From: Octopus vulgaris
Lineage: Eukaryota
Direction: 5' to 3'
Length of the DNA: 64,000 nucleotides
Assembly: GCA_951406725.2 (NCBI GenBank)
Contig: OX597824.1
Span: 24,428,001-24,492,000, forward strand
Part shown: in pieces, positions 14,386-27,511 of the stretch
How the letters are laid out: every line of letters begins with the position of its first letter
Position numbering within the stretch: position 1 is the stretch's first letter
Position numbers and translations under genes: made by a program
The notes under the pieces: generated by a model
What the model was told of the DNA's origin: nothing
Seen by the model: only the letters and a program-made list of their open reading frames with translations
Databases searched by the model: none

Positions 14386-14845
14386 TAATAATTATAATAA
14401 TGAAATCGAGCCAGTTCCATTGAATGTCTTACGCTGACGTGTCAGTGAACGTGTAGTAATCTTGGGTGCAATCTCTCACATAAACTAATATAACCTAAGC
14501 TGGCGGAGCTGCATAGTTCGGTGGTGTGTTCATTAGAAGAGGACAAAAACAGGTTTTCTTGATGAACTGGGTGGTGAGTGAAAAATTAAAAAGTCAAACA
14601 AAGAATACCTGAAAAGAGGATAAAGAATGTGTGGAGGCGAATGTCCTTATCGCAACAGGATTTTGACGGTGCTTGTGGTGGTGGTGGTGGTGGTTGGGGT
14701 GTCGGTGGTGCTGGTGTTAAACTTAGTGGAGTTTTTCAACCGTTTTTACCTTCCCTCCTAAATTTTCTTTTCAGTTTAATAAATCATTTAATTTCATTTT
14801 GTATTATTTTTATTTTTTTTGCCTTTCTTCTTTTCTTTCATTATT

Positions 14846-15645
14846 TATTTAGAGAATTTGTGAAAAAAAAAAATGGGTTGGTGACGCGGCAAAAAATGGT
14901 GAGAGTGAAAGACCCTGCTCTCAGTATCCGCCTCTAGGCTGGAGAGCATGAGAGAGGGTTCGTGTCTTTGGTGATCAGAGTAATCTTCGATCTGTGTGGT
15001 TCCTTGATTGGCCCTAGTAGGAGATTCGGATCTTTTCGGTTTGAACGGCAGTTTTTCTAGCGGTGTCATATGAAATTGTCACCCATAATTATGACACTGG
15101 TATCGATCTATTGCATTTCAATCTGTTTTAGGGTTAGTTAAGGTTAGGGTTAGGGGTGGGGAAATGGTATCTTTTTTTCTTCAGAAATGTAAATAAACCC
15201 AATCTGTTTCTTAAACGAGGGACATATTCATACGGCACAGAATGTTTTCACCTCAATAGACGTCATTGATTGGTTGAAATTGCAGAAATTGAAGAAAAAA
15301 AACAACAAATATCTTACAAAGTATAGAATTTTCTCAATAAAGCCAAGAGAAAAAGATGTTTTATAAATACATTCTATCAGTATACGAAGTTTAAAAGTGT
15401 TTAGTTACGTGGAAATTATTTTTAAAAAACTGCCGTTCAAAGCGAAAAGATCCGGTGATTCTTCCATATAAGGGCTGCATCATGCACGTGATCGCATATT
15501 TTCTATACTACGTACACTTTTATTGCATTTCACTGTCTCCCCCATTTCTTTCTCCTCATCCTTAAAATATAAAAATCCCCACACAAATTATTGTCTGTCC
15601 TTGTGGTGACCACCCCATCGATGTCCCTGTGGCTAATAAAAGAAA
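14846..15645 (+). mobile_element. 3' end of a Tx1/L1-like LINE, interrupted by a MITE
   Basis: Frameshifted FREFVKK.WV...KMVRVKDPALSIRL* is homologous to 30775-30861. The 3' UTR ends CCCTGTGGCTAATAAAAGAAA. Confidence 0.55.
15028..15453. mobile_element. Non-autonomous DNA transposon (MITE), Merlin/hAT-like
   Basis: 29-bp TIR GGATCTTTTCGGTTTGAACGGCAGTTTTT / AAAAACTGCCGTTCAAAGCGAAAAGATCC, 8-bp TSD GGAGATTC / GGTGATTC, and internal TTAGGG-like repeats. Confidence 0.85.
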
Positions 15646-15779
15646 TTATCATTTTATTCCACTTTATTATATATTTTTCTTGTTTATACTTCATCTATGG
15701 TTCTTTCACCCAAACATACATTTATATATATATATGGATGTGCTTGTACATATATAAATATATATTACATATATATATT

Positions 15780-15993
15780 ACTTTTACTCCTTACTTATTT
15801 CAGTCATGTGACTGCGGCCATGCGAGAGCAACGCCTTTTAGTCGAGCAAATCGACCCCAGGGCTTATTCCTTGTAAGCCTAGTTCTTATTCTATCGGTGT
15901 CTTTTGCCGAACCACTAAGTTACGGGGATGTAAGCACACCAGCATCGGTTGTTAAGAGATGTTGGGGGGACAAACACAGACACACAAACACAA

Positions 15994-16026
<33 letters not shown>

Positions 16027-16200
16027 CATATATGCGACGGGCTTCTTTCAGTTTCCGTCTACCAAATCCACTCACAAGGCTTTGGTCGGCCCGAGGCTAA
16101 AGTAGAAGACACTTTGCTCAAGGTGCCACACAGTTGGACTGAACCCGGAACGATGTGCTTGGTAAGCAAGCTACTTACCACACACCCATTCCTGCGCCTA
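15780..16200 (-). mobile_element. SINE family A
   Basis: Full-length reverse-strand copy. Confidence 0.9.
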
Positions 16201-16258
16201 TGTGTATATATATTACATATATATATATTACATATATATATATTATAATATTGTATAA

Positions 16259-16652
16259 TCTTTATATATAAAAGTGAGGTTGTGTGCTGTCTGTCTCCTA
16301 CGATTTAGATTCCTAACTACTCCCACATTTTGTGGTGCAGTTTAACCAAAACCGGGTATCTTATAGTCGTGATTCATATCGAGCCCTTCTGGGTATTAGC
16401 GCGCGTCTACGATGAGTCTACGATTTTTGAAAAAATTACCATCAATTTTTCCCATTTTTAATGCATTTTTGGCATATATAAGGGAAGTAACTCTCTAAAA
16501 ATTTATTATTAAATCTCAGAACGTAAAAAGCTACAGTAACACCCCCCTTGGTTGTTAGCCATATTGAGATGGCTATTATACTTTACATCTCTAAAAATGC
16601 TTATATAGTTATTTCCCTTACAAACTCGAGCAACGCCGGGCGATACTGCTAG
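16259..16652 (+). mobile_element. Non-autonomous Helitron-like element (second body type, same 3' end)
   Basis: 5' TC and a 3' end nearly identical to 4292-4663 (hairpin plus CTAG). Related 5' ends occur at about 27650 and 45178-45520. Confidence 0.75.
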
Positions 16653-16759
16653 TATTGTATAATAGAGGAGCAAGATCTGAAATTGTAGTGGATATGTCTA
16701 ATCAACTGATACTTATTTGGATGTAATCGGGCTGATTTAATTTTGGGGCACCCCCGGCA

Positions 16760-17000
16760 AGTGGTTTAGTGGTTAGGGCTTTGGATTTATTATCGTAAGA
16801 TTGTGGTTTCGGTTCTTGGACCGGGTGGTGCGTTGTGTTCTTGAGTAAAACACTTTTTATTCCACGTTGCTCCAATCCACTAAGCTGGTAAAAATATGTC
16901 ATTCTGCGACAGACCAGCGTCCTGTTCATGTCGGGACTATATATGCAACGGAAACTGGGAAACCCGCCCTATGAGTCTATATGAGTCGGGAAGGATTTTT
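16760..17000 (+). mobile_element. Diverged SINE with D-type head and C1-type tail
   Basis: TAGTGGTTAGGGC...GTGTTCTTGAGTAAAACACTTT...GCGACAGACCAGCGTCCTGT...GGAAACTGGGAAACC. Confidence 0.6.
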
Positions 17001-17044
17001 CTCCTTTAACCTCTCCTTGAATCTAAGTTCGTTACTCTTGTATA

Positions 17045-17420
17045 TAAGGCGGCGAGCTATCAGAATCCTCAGCACGCCTGGCACAAGCGTTGCCACGTAG
17101 GATAAAATGCTTAGCGGTATTTCACCGAGCTGGCAGAAACGTTAGCACGCCGGGCGAAATGCTTAGCGGTATTTCGTCTGTCGTTACGTTCCGAGTTCAA
17201 ATTCTGCCGAGGTCGACTTTGCCTTTCATCCTTTCGGGGTCGATAAATTAAGCACCAGTTACGCACTGGGGTCGATGTAATCGACTTAATACCTATGTCT
17301 GTCCTTGTTTGTCCCCTCTGTGTTTAGCCTCTTGTGGGTAATAAAGAAATAGGTATTTCACCCGTTGTTACGATCGGATTTCAAATTACGCTAAGGTAGA
17401 CTTTACCTTTCATCCTTTCA
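17045..17420 (+). mobile_element. SINE B inserted into an older SINE B
   Basis: 11-bp TSD GGTATTTCACC at about 17117-17127 and 17351-17361. Confidence 0.85.
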
Positions 17421-17713
17421 AATAACGAGACCAAAAAAATGATGTCCTTATTTTTATCTTTTGCGTTTCAATCATTGAACAGCGGCCATGCTGGAGCACT
17501 GTCTTGAAGAATTTTAGGCGAATACATCGAACCCAATAGTTTTTTTTACCGTTGTTTTGTTTTCATATATTTAATTTTTTGTTAAATCAGATGCTTACTC
17601 TAACGCTCTTTTTTGCCGAACCGCTACTGTTATATGGAAATGTAAATAAACCAACAGCGGTAGTCAACCGTGGAGGGTACAAACACAGAAACAAAGACAG
17701 TACACACACATAC

Positions 17714-17784
<71 letters not shown>

Positions 17785-17990
17785 ACCTCGTGAGCACCGC
17801 CAGCAATGTTTTTTCCTCTGTCTTCCCTTCTCGGGATCTTTCCTTCTCCTTTGTTTCCGACGAAGAGCTCCGCTCGAAACGTTAAACCCTCCTTCTTCCC
17901 TTCTTTCCTGAGCGTCCAATAATACTTTATTTGCTCCACGTCCTCGCGTTGCTGTGTTTTTTTTGTGTTCTCTTGTTTGGATTAACTTTA
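17785..17990 (+). mobile_element. Penelope-like pLTR-derived element (family P1) with minimal hammerhead-like motif at 17853-17887
   Basis: GTTT-CCGACGA-AGAGC-TCC-GCTC-GAAACGTT-AAAC, ending in (TA)n. A close copy lies at 47130-47340. Confidence 0.7.
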
Positions 17991-18462
17991 TATATATATA
18001 TATTATATGAAACAATTTGAATTGGCCACAAGCTTTTGTTTTAAGTAATACATGTAAATCCAACTAAATGTATTGGGTCCCCATTTCTTTTGTTTGTCCA
18101 CTCAATCTTACATGGCCAAAAGTCCCCGGACAGTAAATCAAAACCATTTAAATCCAAGACTTATTTATGTAACAACTGGATGAATTTTATAAAAGAATCT
18201 AAATATGAAACATCATGAAAATTGTTCAAACTGAAGTCTTTCTAAAGCGACACACTTTTCCATCTGAGTCAATACAGAATTACAGATAGTATTTATTGAA
18301 GTTTGATTTATTGTCGGGTAAATTTCCACCAACCCTGCATATATATATATGTATATATATTAAATATATATATGTATATATACACATGTATATGTATGTA
18401 TATGTATATATATGCACATATATATATACACACACATATATAAATACACATATATCTATGCA

Positions 18463-18534
<72 letters not shown>

Positions 18535-18537
18535 ATA

Positions 18538-18702
18538 GGCGCAGAAGTGGCTGTGTGGTAAGTAGCTTGTCTACCAACCACATGGTTCCGGGTTCAGTCC
18601 CAATGCGTGGCACCTTGGGCAACTGTCTTCTACTATAGCCTCGGGCCGACCAAAGCCTTGTGAGTGGATTTGGTAGACGGAAACTGAAAGAAGCCCGTCG
18701 TA

Positions 18703-18746
<44 letters not shown>

Positions 18747-18955
18747 TGTGTGTGTTTGTGTGTCTTTTTTTGTCCCCTAGCATTGCTTGACAACTGATAC
18801 TGATGTGCTTATGTCTCCGTTACTTAGCGGTTCGGCAAAAGAGACCGATAGAATAAGTACTGGGCTTACAAAAGAATAAGTCCCGGGGTCGAGTTGCTCG
18901 ATTAAAGGCGGTGCTCCAGCATGGCCGCAGTCAAATGACTGAAACGAGTAAAAGA
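18538..18955 (+). mobile_element. SINE family A
   Basis: Full-length copy. Confidence 0.92.
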
Positions 18956-19014
<59 letters not shown>

Positions 19015-19015
<1 letters not shown>

Positions 19016-19835
19016 AGGGCGTGTAAGATATTTGTGGACAGATTTATGTTTATAAAAATATATACAAAAAATCTAAAAAACATATATATTAACAGATAAA
19101 TTTATCAAAAAATGCTATGAGAATAAAAATAAACCTTCTTTTGTATAACGTTATTCAATGAAGCCACCTTCAGCTTCAACAACTGCTTCTGTATGAGATC
19201 TAAATCCTCCACATGCTCGAATCAAGTGGTCCTGGTTCATTTTAGACATCACTCTGACTATAGCAGCTTTCAAAGAATCTTTGGTGTGATGGCCGTGTTC
19301 ATTGACCTCTCTCTCAACAACGCTCCACACGTAATAGTCCAATGGATTGAGATCTGGGGAATTAGGTCAAATGTTAGGGGTTTTGTGATCATGAAAATTT
19401 TCAGCCATGCATTCCTGTGTTACTAGAGCCATGTGTGATAGTGGAGACTCTTACTGAAACACATATGGCCTTCCATTGCATACACTGTCTATCCAGGGCT
19501 TAACAATTATTTCCAGGACCTCAATGTAGGCGGTACAGTTAACTCTAAGGCCTTGTGAAAAGAAGTAAGGTGGCATCACATATCCTGCATTGCCGACAAC
19601 CCCTAAAACCATGACACTTGCAGGAAATTTTGTATGCATAACACTTGGAACTTTAGAAGGGTCTGCACATGACCATCTGCCATTTCTTCAGTTAACATTT
19701 TGATCTTGGCCGAAGTTTTTCTCGTTTGAGGAAAACCAAATCGAATCTTCTGCTGGATTTTTCAGTTTATTTAAGAGCATTTTAGATCTGATGTAGTGAT
19801 TTTGTTTTGGTTTTTCTAACAAATTGACCTTTCCT

Positions 19836-19840
<5 letters not shown>
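19015..19840 (-). pseudogene. Degenerate Tc1/mariner transposase, DD37D (maT)-like, 3' half
   Basis: TKFPASVMVLGVV...MPPYFF..GL.VN...Y...L...VKPW...YVFQ* followed by PPNSPDLNPLDYYVW...GGFIE*. Right end CAGGGCGTG. Confidence 0.85.
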
Positions 19841-19866
<26 letters not shown>

Positions 19867-20540
19867 CGCATATATATTTATACATACACGGTGTGCTTTG
19901 AGTGATTTACCTTGAAAGGGAAAAGAATCTTACACACACGCGCTAAGTTGGAATGACACTATGTTCAGCAATTAGACAGGTACATACAAACATATATATA
20001 TATATATCTTACCATGTGCAAACAGTCATGATGTCATTTGTGGCATAAAAGATCGGCTGCACTGCGGATGGCGAACATCCTTTTCAATATCAACAACGAA
20101 AGTATAGACAATTACTTTGATATCTGCTCAATAATTATTGGTAATATTTAGTTATGTCAGTAAATGTTTGGCATTCTAGAAAGCTCAGGACTGTCAGACA
20201 AAGAGACCAGTTAATATGCACCAAAGGGCTATAGTAATACACAGAGTCGCACTGTGGGACTGAACCCAAAATCACGTGGTTGCAAAGCGAACTTTTTAAC
20301 AACACAGTAATGCCTTAATCTATATATCTATCTGTCTGTCTGTTTGACTGCCTGCCTGCCTGTCTCCCTGCCTTCTGTCTGTCAGTCTGTCTGTCTCTAT
20401 CTGTTTCTCTGTCAATCCGTATATCTATCTGTGTATCTGTCTGTCTATCTGTCTGTCTACCTGTCTGTCTGTCTATCTGTCTATCTGTCTGTCTATCTGT
20501 CTGTCTTTCTGTCTGTCTGTCTATCTATCTATCTACATGT

Positions 20541-20578
<38 letters not shown>

Positions 20579-21147
20579 GTCATTCTCTATGTGTGTGTGT
20601 GTGTGAGTACACTCATATATGTGTGTGTGTGTGTAATTTCATATCTACATAATAAATACAATACACACACACACACACACACACGCGCGCGCGCATATAC
20701 ATATAACGTATGTATGTGCATACGTATGTGAATGTGTATGTGTGCTTGTCTGCGTGTCTGTGACAGTATTTGTCCTTGGGAGTGCAACTATGTTCTGTAT
20801 CACTGGCTGCCCATTCGTCGTCTGTTTGTAAGTGACTGTTGTGAGAGATTTTCAACACAATACACCTCTACAGACAATGTACTCGGCCACACGGTTTTCT
20901 GAGTTTACATTCACCTACAACAAAAGTCGGGCGAATTCCCGCTAAAATGTTCCCGCTCTCCCGTACTACTTACGCTCAGTAACACAGTTTATAATACACA
21001 CGCATTCACACGCACTCACACACAGATTTATAATTATGACGCATGAAATTCTTAGGTGGTTAAACAGATTTTTATAGTGTGTGTGTGTGCGGATTTCTCA
21101 CTGAATTTTTGAATGTTGTTATCATCTATCTGTATATATGTTCGAAT

Positions 21148-21286
21148 AGCTTGCTAACCAACCACATGGTTCCGGGTTCAGTCCCACTGCGTGGCATCTT
21201 GGGCAAGTGTCTTCTGCTATAGCCCCGGGCCGACCAATGCCTTGTGAGTGGATTTGGTAGACGGAAACTAAAAGAAGCCTGTCGTA

Positions 21287-21346
<60 letters not shown>

Positions 21347-21541
21347 ATGTTACATTACTCGGTAGTCAAGATAAAACTCTGAGTTTCAGATGCCGAAGTG
21401 GAAATCCACAACACCATCTCTTCGGTGAAACTCAGAGTTTTATCTTGACTACCGAGTAATGTAACATATTGTATAGATAAATTTCCTCTATTTACATAAT
21501 ATTGAGGTCTCTTTCTTTCTTTTGTTATCTTACCGTTTTAT

Positions 21542-21585
<44 letters not shown>

Positions 21586-21805
21586 ATGTGTTTCTGTGTC
21601 TGTGTTTGTCCCCCTAGCATTGCTTGACAACCGATGCTGGTGTGTTTACGTCCCCGTCACTTAGCGGTTCGGCAAAAGAGACCGATAGAATAAGTACTGG
21701 GGCTTACAAAAGAATAAGTCCCGGGGTCGATTTGCTCGACTAAAGGTGCGGTGCTCCAGCATGGCCGCAGTCAAATGACTGAAACAAGTAAAAGAGTAAA
21801 GGAGT
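21148..21805 (+). mobile_element. SINE family A interrupted in its internal (TA)n by a fold-back element
   Basis: The 5' half ends at about 21290 and the 3' half resumes at about 21575. Confidence 0.9.
21339..21545. mobile_element. Fold-back insert in (TA)n: 50-bp perfect IR around a hammerhead-like core, plus tail
   Basis: Arms are 21339-21388 and 21426-21475. The minus-strand loop reads CCGAAGA-GATG...CATC-T-GAAAC-TCAGA-GTT. Confidence 0.75.
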
Positions 21806-21949
21806 ACTAGTGTGCATTTGTGCATGCTCATAATTGTGCGCTATTTTAAGATGAAAGGACTGTCGTCAGGCTTTGGGCGTCATATCGCCGTGAGAATGTG
21901 AATTAAAATGCTTTTTATATACAGAAATGTTTCGGTGTGAGATTGTATA

Positions 21950-22215
21950 TGTGTGGCTAGTGGTTAGGCTGTTGCACTCACGATCGGTAGATCGTGGGTT
22001 CGATTATTTGACTGGGCGGTGCGCTGTTTTCTTGAGCAAAACACCTCATTTCACGTTGCTCAAGTTACCTTTTCAATCAAGGTGGATGCGGAATGTTCGC
22101 CTGCTCCCCTAGCCAGTGGAGTGGCCTCGTTTGAAAGCTAAAACAATTCAAAAATGTATTGTGACCAGCGATGTGTAACAACATCCGTGAGCCTGGTCGA
22201 TCACGTGATCACGTG
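21950..22215 (+). mobile_element. Diverged SINE with D-type head and C2-type tail
   Basis: Head TAGTGGTTAGG...GGGTTCGATT; tail TTGTGACCAGCGATGTGTAACAACATC as in 56877-57187. Confidence 0.6.
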
Positions 22216-22232
22216 ATATATATATATATATT

Positions 22233-22263
<31 letters not shown>

Positions 22264-22269
22264 ATGAGT

Positions 22270-22391
22270 GTTTTGTTTTGTTTTGTCTAGTTTCAGCTCA
22301 CGAGCTGTGGACATGCTGGGGCACCGCCATCTGCATGCGTTCCCATGCCGGGAATCGAACCCGGGCCGCCTGGGTGAAAGCCAGGAATCCT
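22270..22391 (-). pseudogene. 5'-truncated tRNA-Glu(TTC) fused to a CR1-like LINE 3' tail
   Basis: Minus strand: AGGATTCCTGGCTTTCACCCAGGCGGCCCGGGTTCGATTCCCGGCATGGGAA (22391-22340) + CGCATGCAGA + TGGCGGTGCCCCAGCATGTCCACAGCTCGTGAGCTGAAACTAGA(CAAAA)n. Confidence 0.85.
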
Positions 22392-22412
22392 GTGTGTATG
22401 TGTTTCTATATG

Positions 22413-22473
<61 letters not shown>

Positions 22474-22579
22474 AGGAGCTTTCTATCAAAACCGCATGGT
22501 TTTATGAATCCATATGCTATACTACAAATTTATACCTGCTATATAAATGCGAGTGTATGTGGTTATGTATATGTGTTTA

Positions 22580-23040
22580 ACCCCGAAAGTCTCTGAAAGA
22601 TGCGTCCTCGTAAAAAACGAACTTGATTTTCGAAATTTGCGTCCCAAAGACAATATTGTCCGTAAATAATAATAAAAAGATACAATTTTCTACGAGAAAT
22701 AACTCAACTTTTAGATCGATAACTTGCCCGATCTCTATCTGTCACATTCACTCTATCTCTCTATATATATTTACCACACTCTTTGACACTCACTTTCTCT
22801 GTATATGTATATATGAATAAATTCTCATGCGTTGTTTCATTTTGTATAGAACCACGTCTTCCAATATTCACTTTCGTTTTATGACAGCTATCCCGTAGAA
22901 GCCCTGTTTTCTGATTGGATAAAAATGATGAAGCTTTAAATCTCTGTAACATTTTTCTTAAAAAAAATATCCAGATTGAAGAGATTCCAATCACTGGATT
23001 TAGCGGGAAAAGTTCATCAATAATTTGTAATTTTTTCATT
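22580..23040 (+). repeat. Old interspersed repeat, unclassified (probable DNA transposon remnant)
   Basis: A diverged homolog lies on the opposite strand at about 46490-46760 (TTTCGAAAT.TGC.TCCCAA.GAC...CGAGAAATA.CTCAAC.TT.AGATC). Confidence 0.55.
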
Positions 23041-23566
23041 TGATTTTAAAATATCAAAAGACAGATAGATAGATAGACAGACAGACAGGTAAAAACTAGG
23101 GTTTACTTGACAAACAAGGACAGACAAACAGTTTAAGTCGATTACATCGATCCCAGTGCGTAACTGGTACTTAATTTATCGACCCCGAAATGATGAAAAG
23201 CAAAGTCGACATCGGCGGAATTTGAACACAGAATGTAACAGGAGACGAAATATGGCTACGCATTTCGCCCGGCGTGCTAACGTTTCTGCCAGCTCGCCGC
23301 CTTTTTTCGTTACCCTAAATTATAAACTATTGCAGAGCCGTTTTCAATTACAACCAACTGTTGCGTCTTTTGCTCCACCTTCTCCTCGTTCCCACCTCCT
23401 CCACGACTACAATGATAGGTTTTAAAAAACGATGAACGGTGTATGTGAATGCGAACTTTAGGTTAGTTGAAATACGTTTGTAGCATATTTCAACTTCTGC
23501 AGTTACCATGAGCAAACAAAATTCTCTCGTACGGTAAGAGATGGAAAGACATCATATTTCTCCAGT

Positions 23567-23735
23567 GCATACATATAAACATACATACATACATACATAC
23601 ATACATACATACATACATACATACATACATACAAACATACAAACATACATACACACACACATATACATACAAACATACATACATACATACATACATACAT
23701 ACAAACATACATACATTCAGCCATACATACATACA

Positions 23736-23769
<34 letters not shown>

Positions 23770-24201
23770 CATACATACATACATACACACATACATACAT
23801 ACATACACACATACATACATATATACATACATATATACATACATAGATACATACATACATACATACATACATACATACATACATACATACATACATACAA
23901 ACATACATATATATATATATACATACATACATACATACATACATACATACATACAAACATACATACATACATACATACATACAAACATACATACATACAC
24001 TTACATATATACATACATACGCACACATACATACATACATACATACATACATACATTCATACATACATACATACATACACACACACACATACATATATAC
24101 ATACATACATACATACACACATACATACATACATACATACATACATACATACATACATACATACATACATACATTTATACATACATACATACATACATAC
24201 A

Positions 24202-24230
<29 letters not shown>
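23567..24230. repeat. Long (TACA)n microsatellite array
   Basis: About 660 bp of imperfect tetranucleotide repeat. Confidence 0.95.
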
Positions 24231-24232
<2 letters not shown>

Positions 24233-24708
24233 TCATACGTATAATTAAATAGGCATTATATTTATACACCCATACTTGGGTGTGACCGGGTAGACATAAT
24301 TTTTCTCCTCTCCTTCAATCTAGGCTTGTTATAGTGTAGGTGTGTGAAACTATTATAAATCAAAATATTTCTCTATATAACAAATTTACATAAATGCATA
24401 TATGCATAAATGCATATAACGTGTGTCTGTGAAGCGAGACAAACTTTCTTCAATCCTTTGGACCACGCTCTATTTAGCACAAGCTGGGCGTTAAGTTTGC
24501 AGTCAAGTGACGAACGATGCCTGAACAGTAGAATCACTACTGCAACGATTCGTGCAACCAATACAATAAAGACGATACAGCCAGGCCTATAGGTAACACA
24601 CCTATAAAAGATAGGTGAGGGTAATTAGTGCTACCGTGATCAAATATCACGAGTGCCTCGATAAATAATCGTCAATGAATAGGTGACGTAACGTGAGGAG
24701 CATGCTCG

Positions 24709-24761
<53 letters not shown>

Positions 24762-24888
24762 TAGTAAATATGTACATATATACATATATATGTGAGTGTG
24801 TGTAGCCCGTGCGTGTATGTATACATCTATATGAGCGTGTGTATGTATAAATGTATGCATGTGTATGTCTGTATGTATTTTTGAATAG

Positions 24889-24926
<38 letters not shown>

Positions 24927-25163
24927 TTTTATATATATATATAAATATATATACATAAATCTAAGTTATATGATGTATAAGTTATACATCTAAGTTATAT
25001 GATGTATAAAAAATGTAATATACAAATAAATATCTGCAAATATAAACCATCCGATTTTCTGAAGTACCTCATTTCTTCTAATATATAAATATATATATAT
25101 GTATGTATATATATATATATACATATATAAATATATAAATATATATCAATTTATATATATATA

Positions 25164-25225
<62 letters not shown>

Positions 25226-25439
25226 TATTTATGTATGTATCTATGTGAACTTGTATCTATGTATATACATGTATTTATATATCACCCACAGACTACCAAA
25301 AATGCCAACTATTTCACCCTTGGACTACCAGTTTCGTGTAAATCTACTTTCCTAACACCGTGAGTTTGTCTTTATTTGTCGTTAAATCTTATGTCTCCTT
25401 CTGTTCAAACCTAACCACCCATTTCTCTCTCTCTCTCTC

Positions 25440-25493
<54 letters not shown>

Positions 25494-25699
25494 TGGCGTC
25501 TCTCTGGTATATGTCAATACCTGAAGTAAAGTCATACGAATGTCGCAAGGTGTTATTATTACCTGTGCTGGTTATATAAGAAAACGGAATGAATCAGCAA
25601 TTTTTTCAATCCTACATGTGTGGGTGTGAATACTAAAGAGGGTGAGTATAGATATACATACATGCGTGTATCTATGTATTATGCATGTATGTGTGTATG

Positions 25700-25754
<55 letters not shown>

Positions 25755-26028
25755 GTATGTATATATATGTATATATATATATGTATATATGTATATGTAT
25801 GTATGTATGTATGTATGTATATATATGTATATATATATATATATGTATATGTGTATATGTATGTATGTATGTATGTATGCATATGTACTTAAAATCGCTC
25901 TCCTCCATATTCATATATGTGTATATATGTATGTGTGTTTGTGTGTATATTATGTGTGTATGTTTATATATATATAGAGAGAGAGAAAGAAGATAGATAG
26001 ATACATAGAAAGATAGATAGATAGATAG

Positions 26029-26088
<60 letters not shown>

Positions 26089-26157
26089 TGATGGGCATAC
26101 AGACATACAGACATACATACATACATACATACAGACAGACAGACAGACTGACTGACT

Positions 26158-26241
<84 letters not shown>

Positions 26242-26290
26242 GATTGATAGATAGATAGATAGACAGACAGACAGGCAGATAGATAGATAG

Positions 26291-26339
<49 letters not shown>

Positions 26340-26343
26340 GATT

Positions 26344-26394
<51 letters not shown>

Positions 26395-26492
26395 TGATGG
26401 GCATACATACATACAGACATACATACAGACATACAGACAGACAGACAGACAGACAGACAGACTGACTGACTGACAGACAGACAGATAGATAT

Positions 26493-26547
<55 letters not shown>

Positions 26548-27025
26548 TGCTTCCTTGAATGTATGCATGTGACGATGACTAGTGTATATGTGTGAGAGAG
26601 TCTATATAAACATACATATACATGTATATATGTGTGTGTAAGAGAGAAAGAGAAAGAGAGTCTACATAAACATACATATATATATGTATGTATATACTTA
26701 CACGCGCGCGCGCACTCGCACATACGCGCGCGCGCCCAATGGTAAGCTGTCAAAATATGAACTAGTGTTTCGCCTAACTTCTAAGAATTTACTACTTTGT
26801 TCGTTGAACGAGAGATTTACTTTATTCTGTGCAGTGTGTTCTGCATAAAAGATTTCGGTTTCCGCCACAAGATATATATTTACTAAACTATCTCTTCAAT
26901 AATAGATTAAAATAAGTTAAAATCTGTAACTCAAAGAAACTATTGTTTGCAGCAGCAGCTTTTGAAAACAGCTACGTGTTTTACGTCACCGATATTCACA
27001 CGACTGAAGTGTGGAAGCAGCGTGT

Positions 27026-27079
<54 letters not shown>

Positions 27080-27081
<2 letters not shown>

Positions 27082-27511
27082 CGTAAAGTGTACAAGCCAC
27101 TGGGGGTGGGTGTTACTGAAGCTTATAGCCCCAGGAGATCATCGTCTCCAGCTGGCTTTAGACACACTTTCTGTGCCCTTCTGATATTCCCCTCTCGAAA
27201 ACCTAAGTGACACGTACGGACTATAGTTTCGAGGTATTTGCCTCTCGTCAACGTACGGTAATCACCGGTTTTCGATTGGAGAGACCTGTTTGCGAATATC
27301 TATTTAATGTTTTTCCCAGCAACCACTGTCACTGATTTAGAAAAACTGTCTGAAAGCATTAAAAAATCTCCGAACGAGATGGAGACGATGATCTCCTGGG
27401 GCTATAAGCTTCAGTAACCCCCCCCCCAGTGGCTAGCCACATTCAGATGGCTAGTACACTTTACGTTGTCGAGCGGTTACTGTTTACATCTCGTTCGGAG
27501 ATTTATTAATG

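Noticed and set aside
15128-15156. TTAGGG repeats as a telomere or fusion scar
   Set aside because: Only a few degenerate units, internal to a TIR element.
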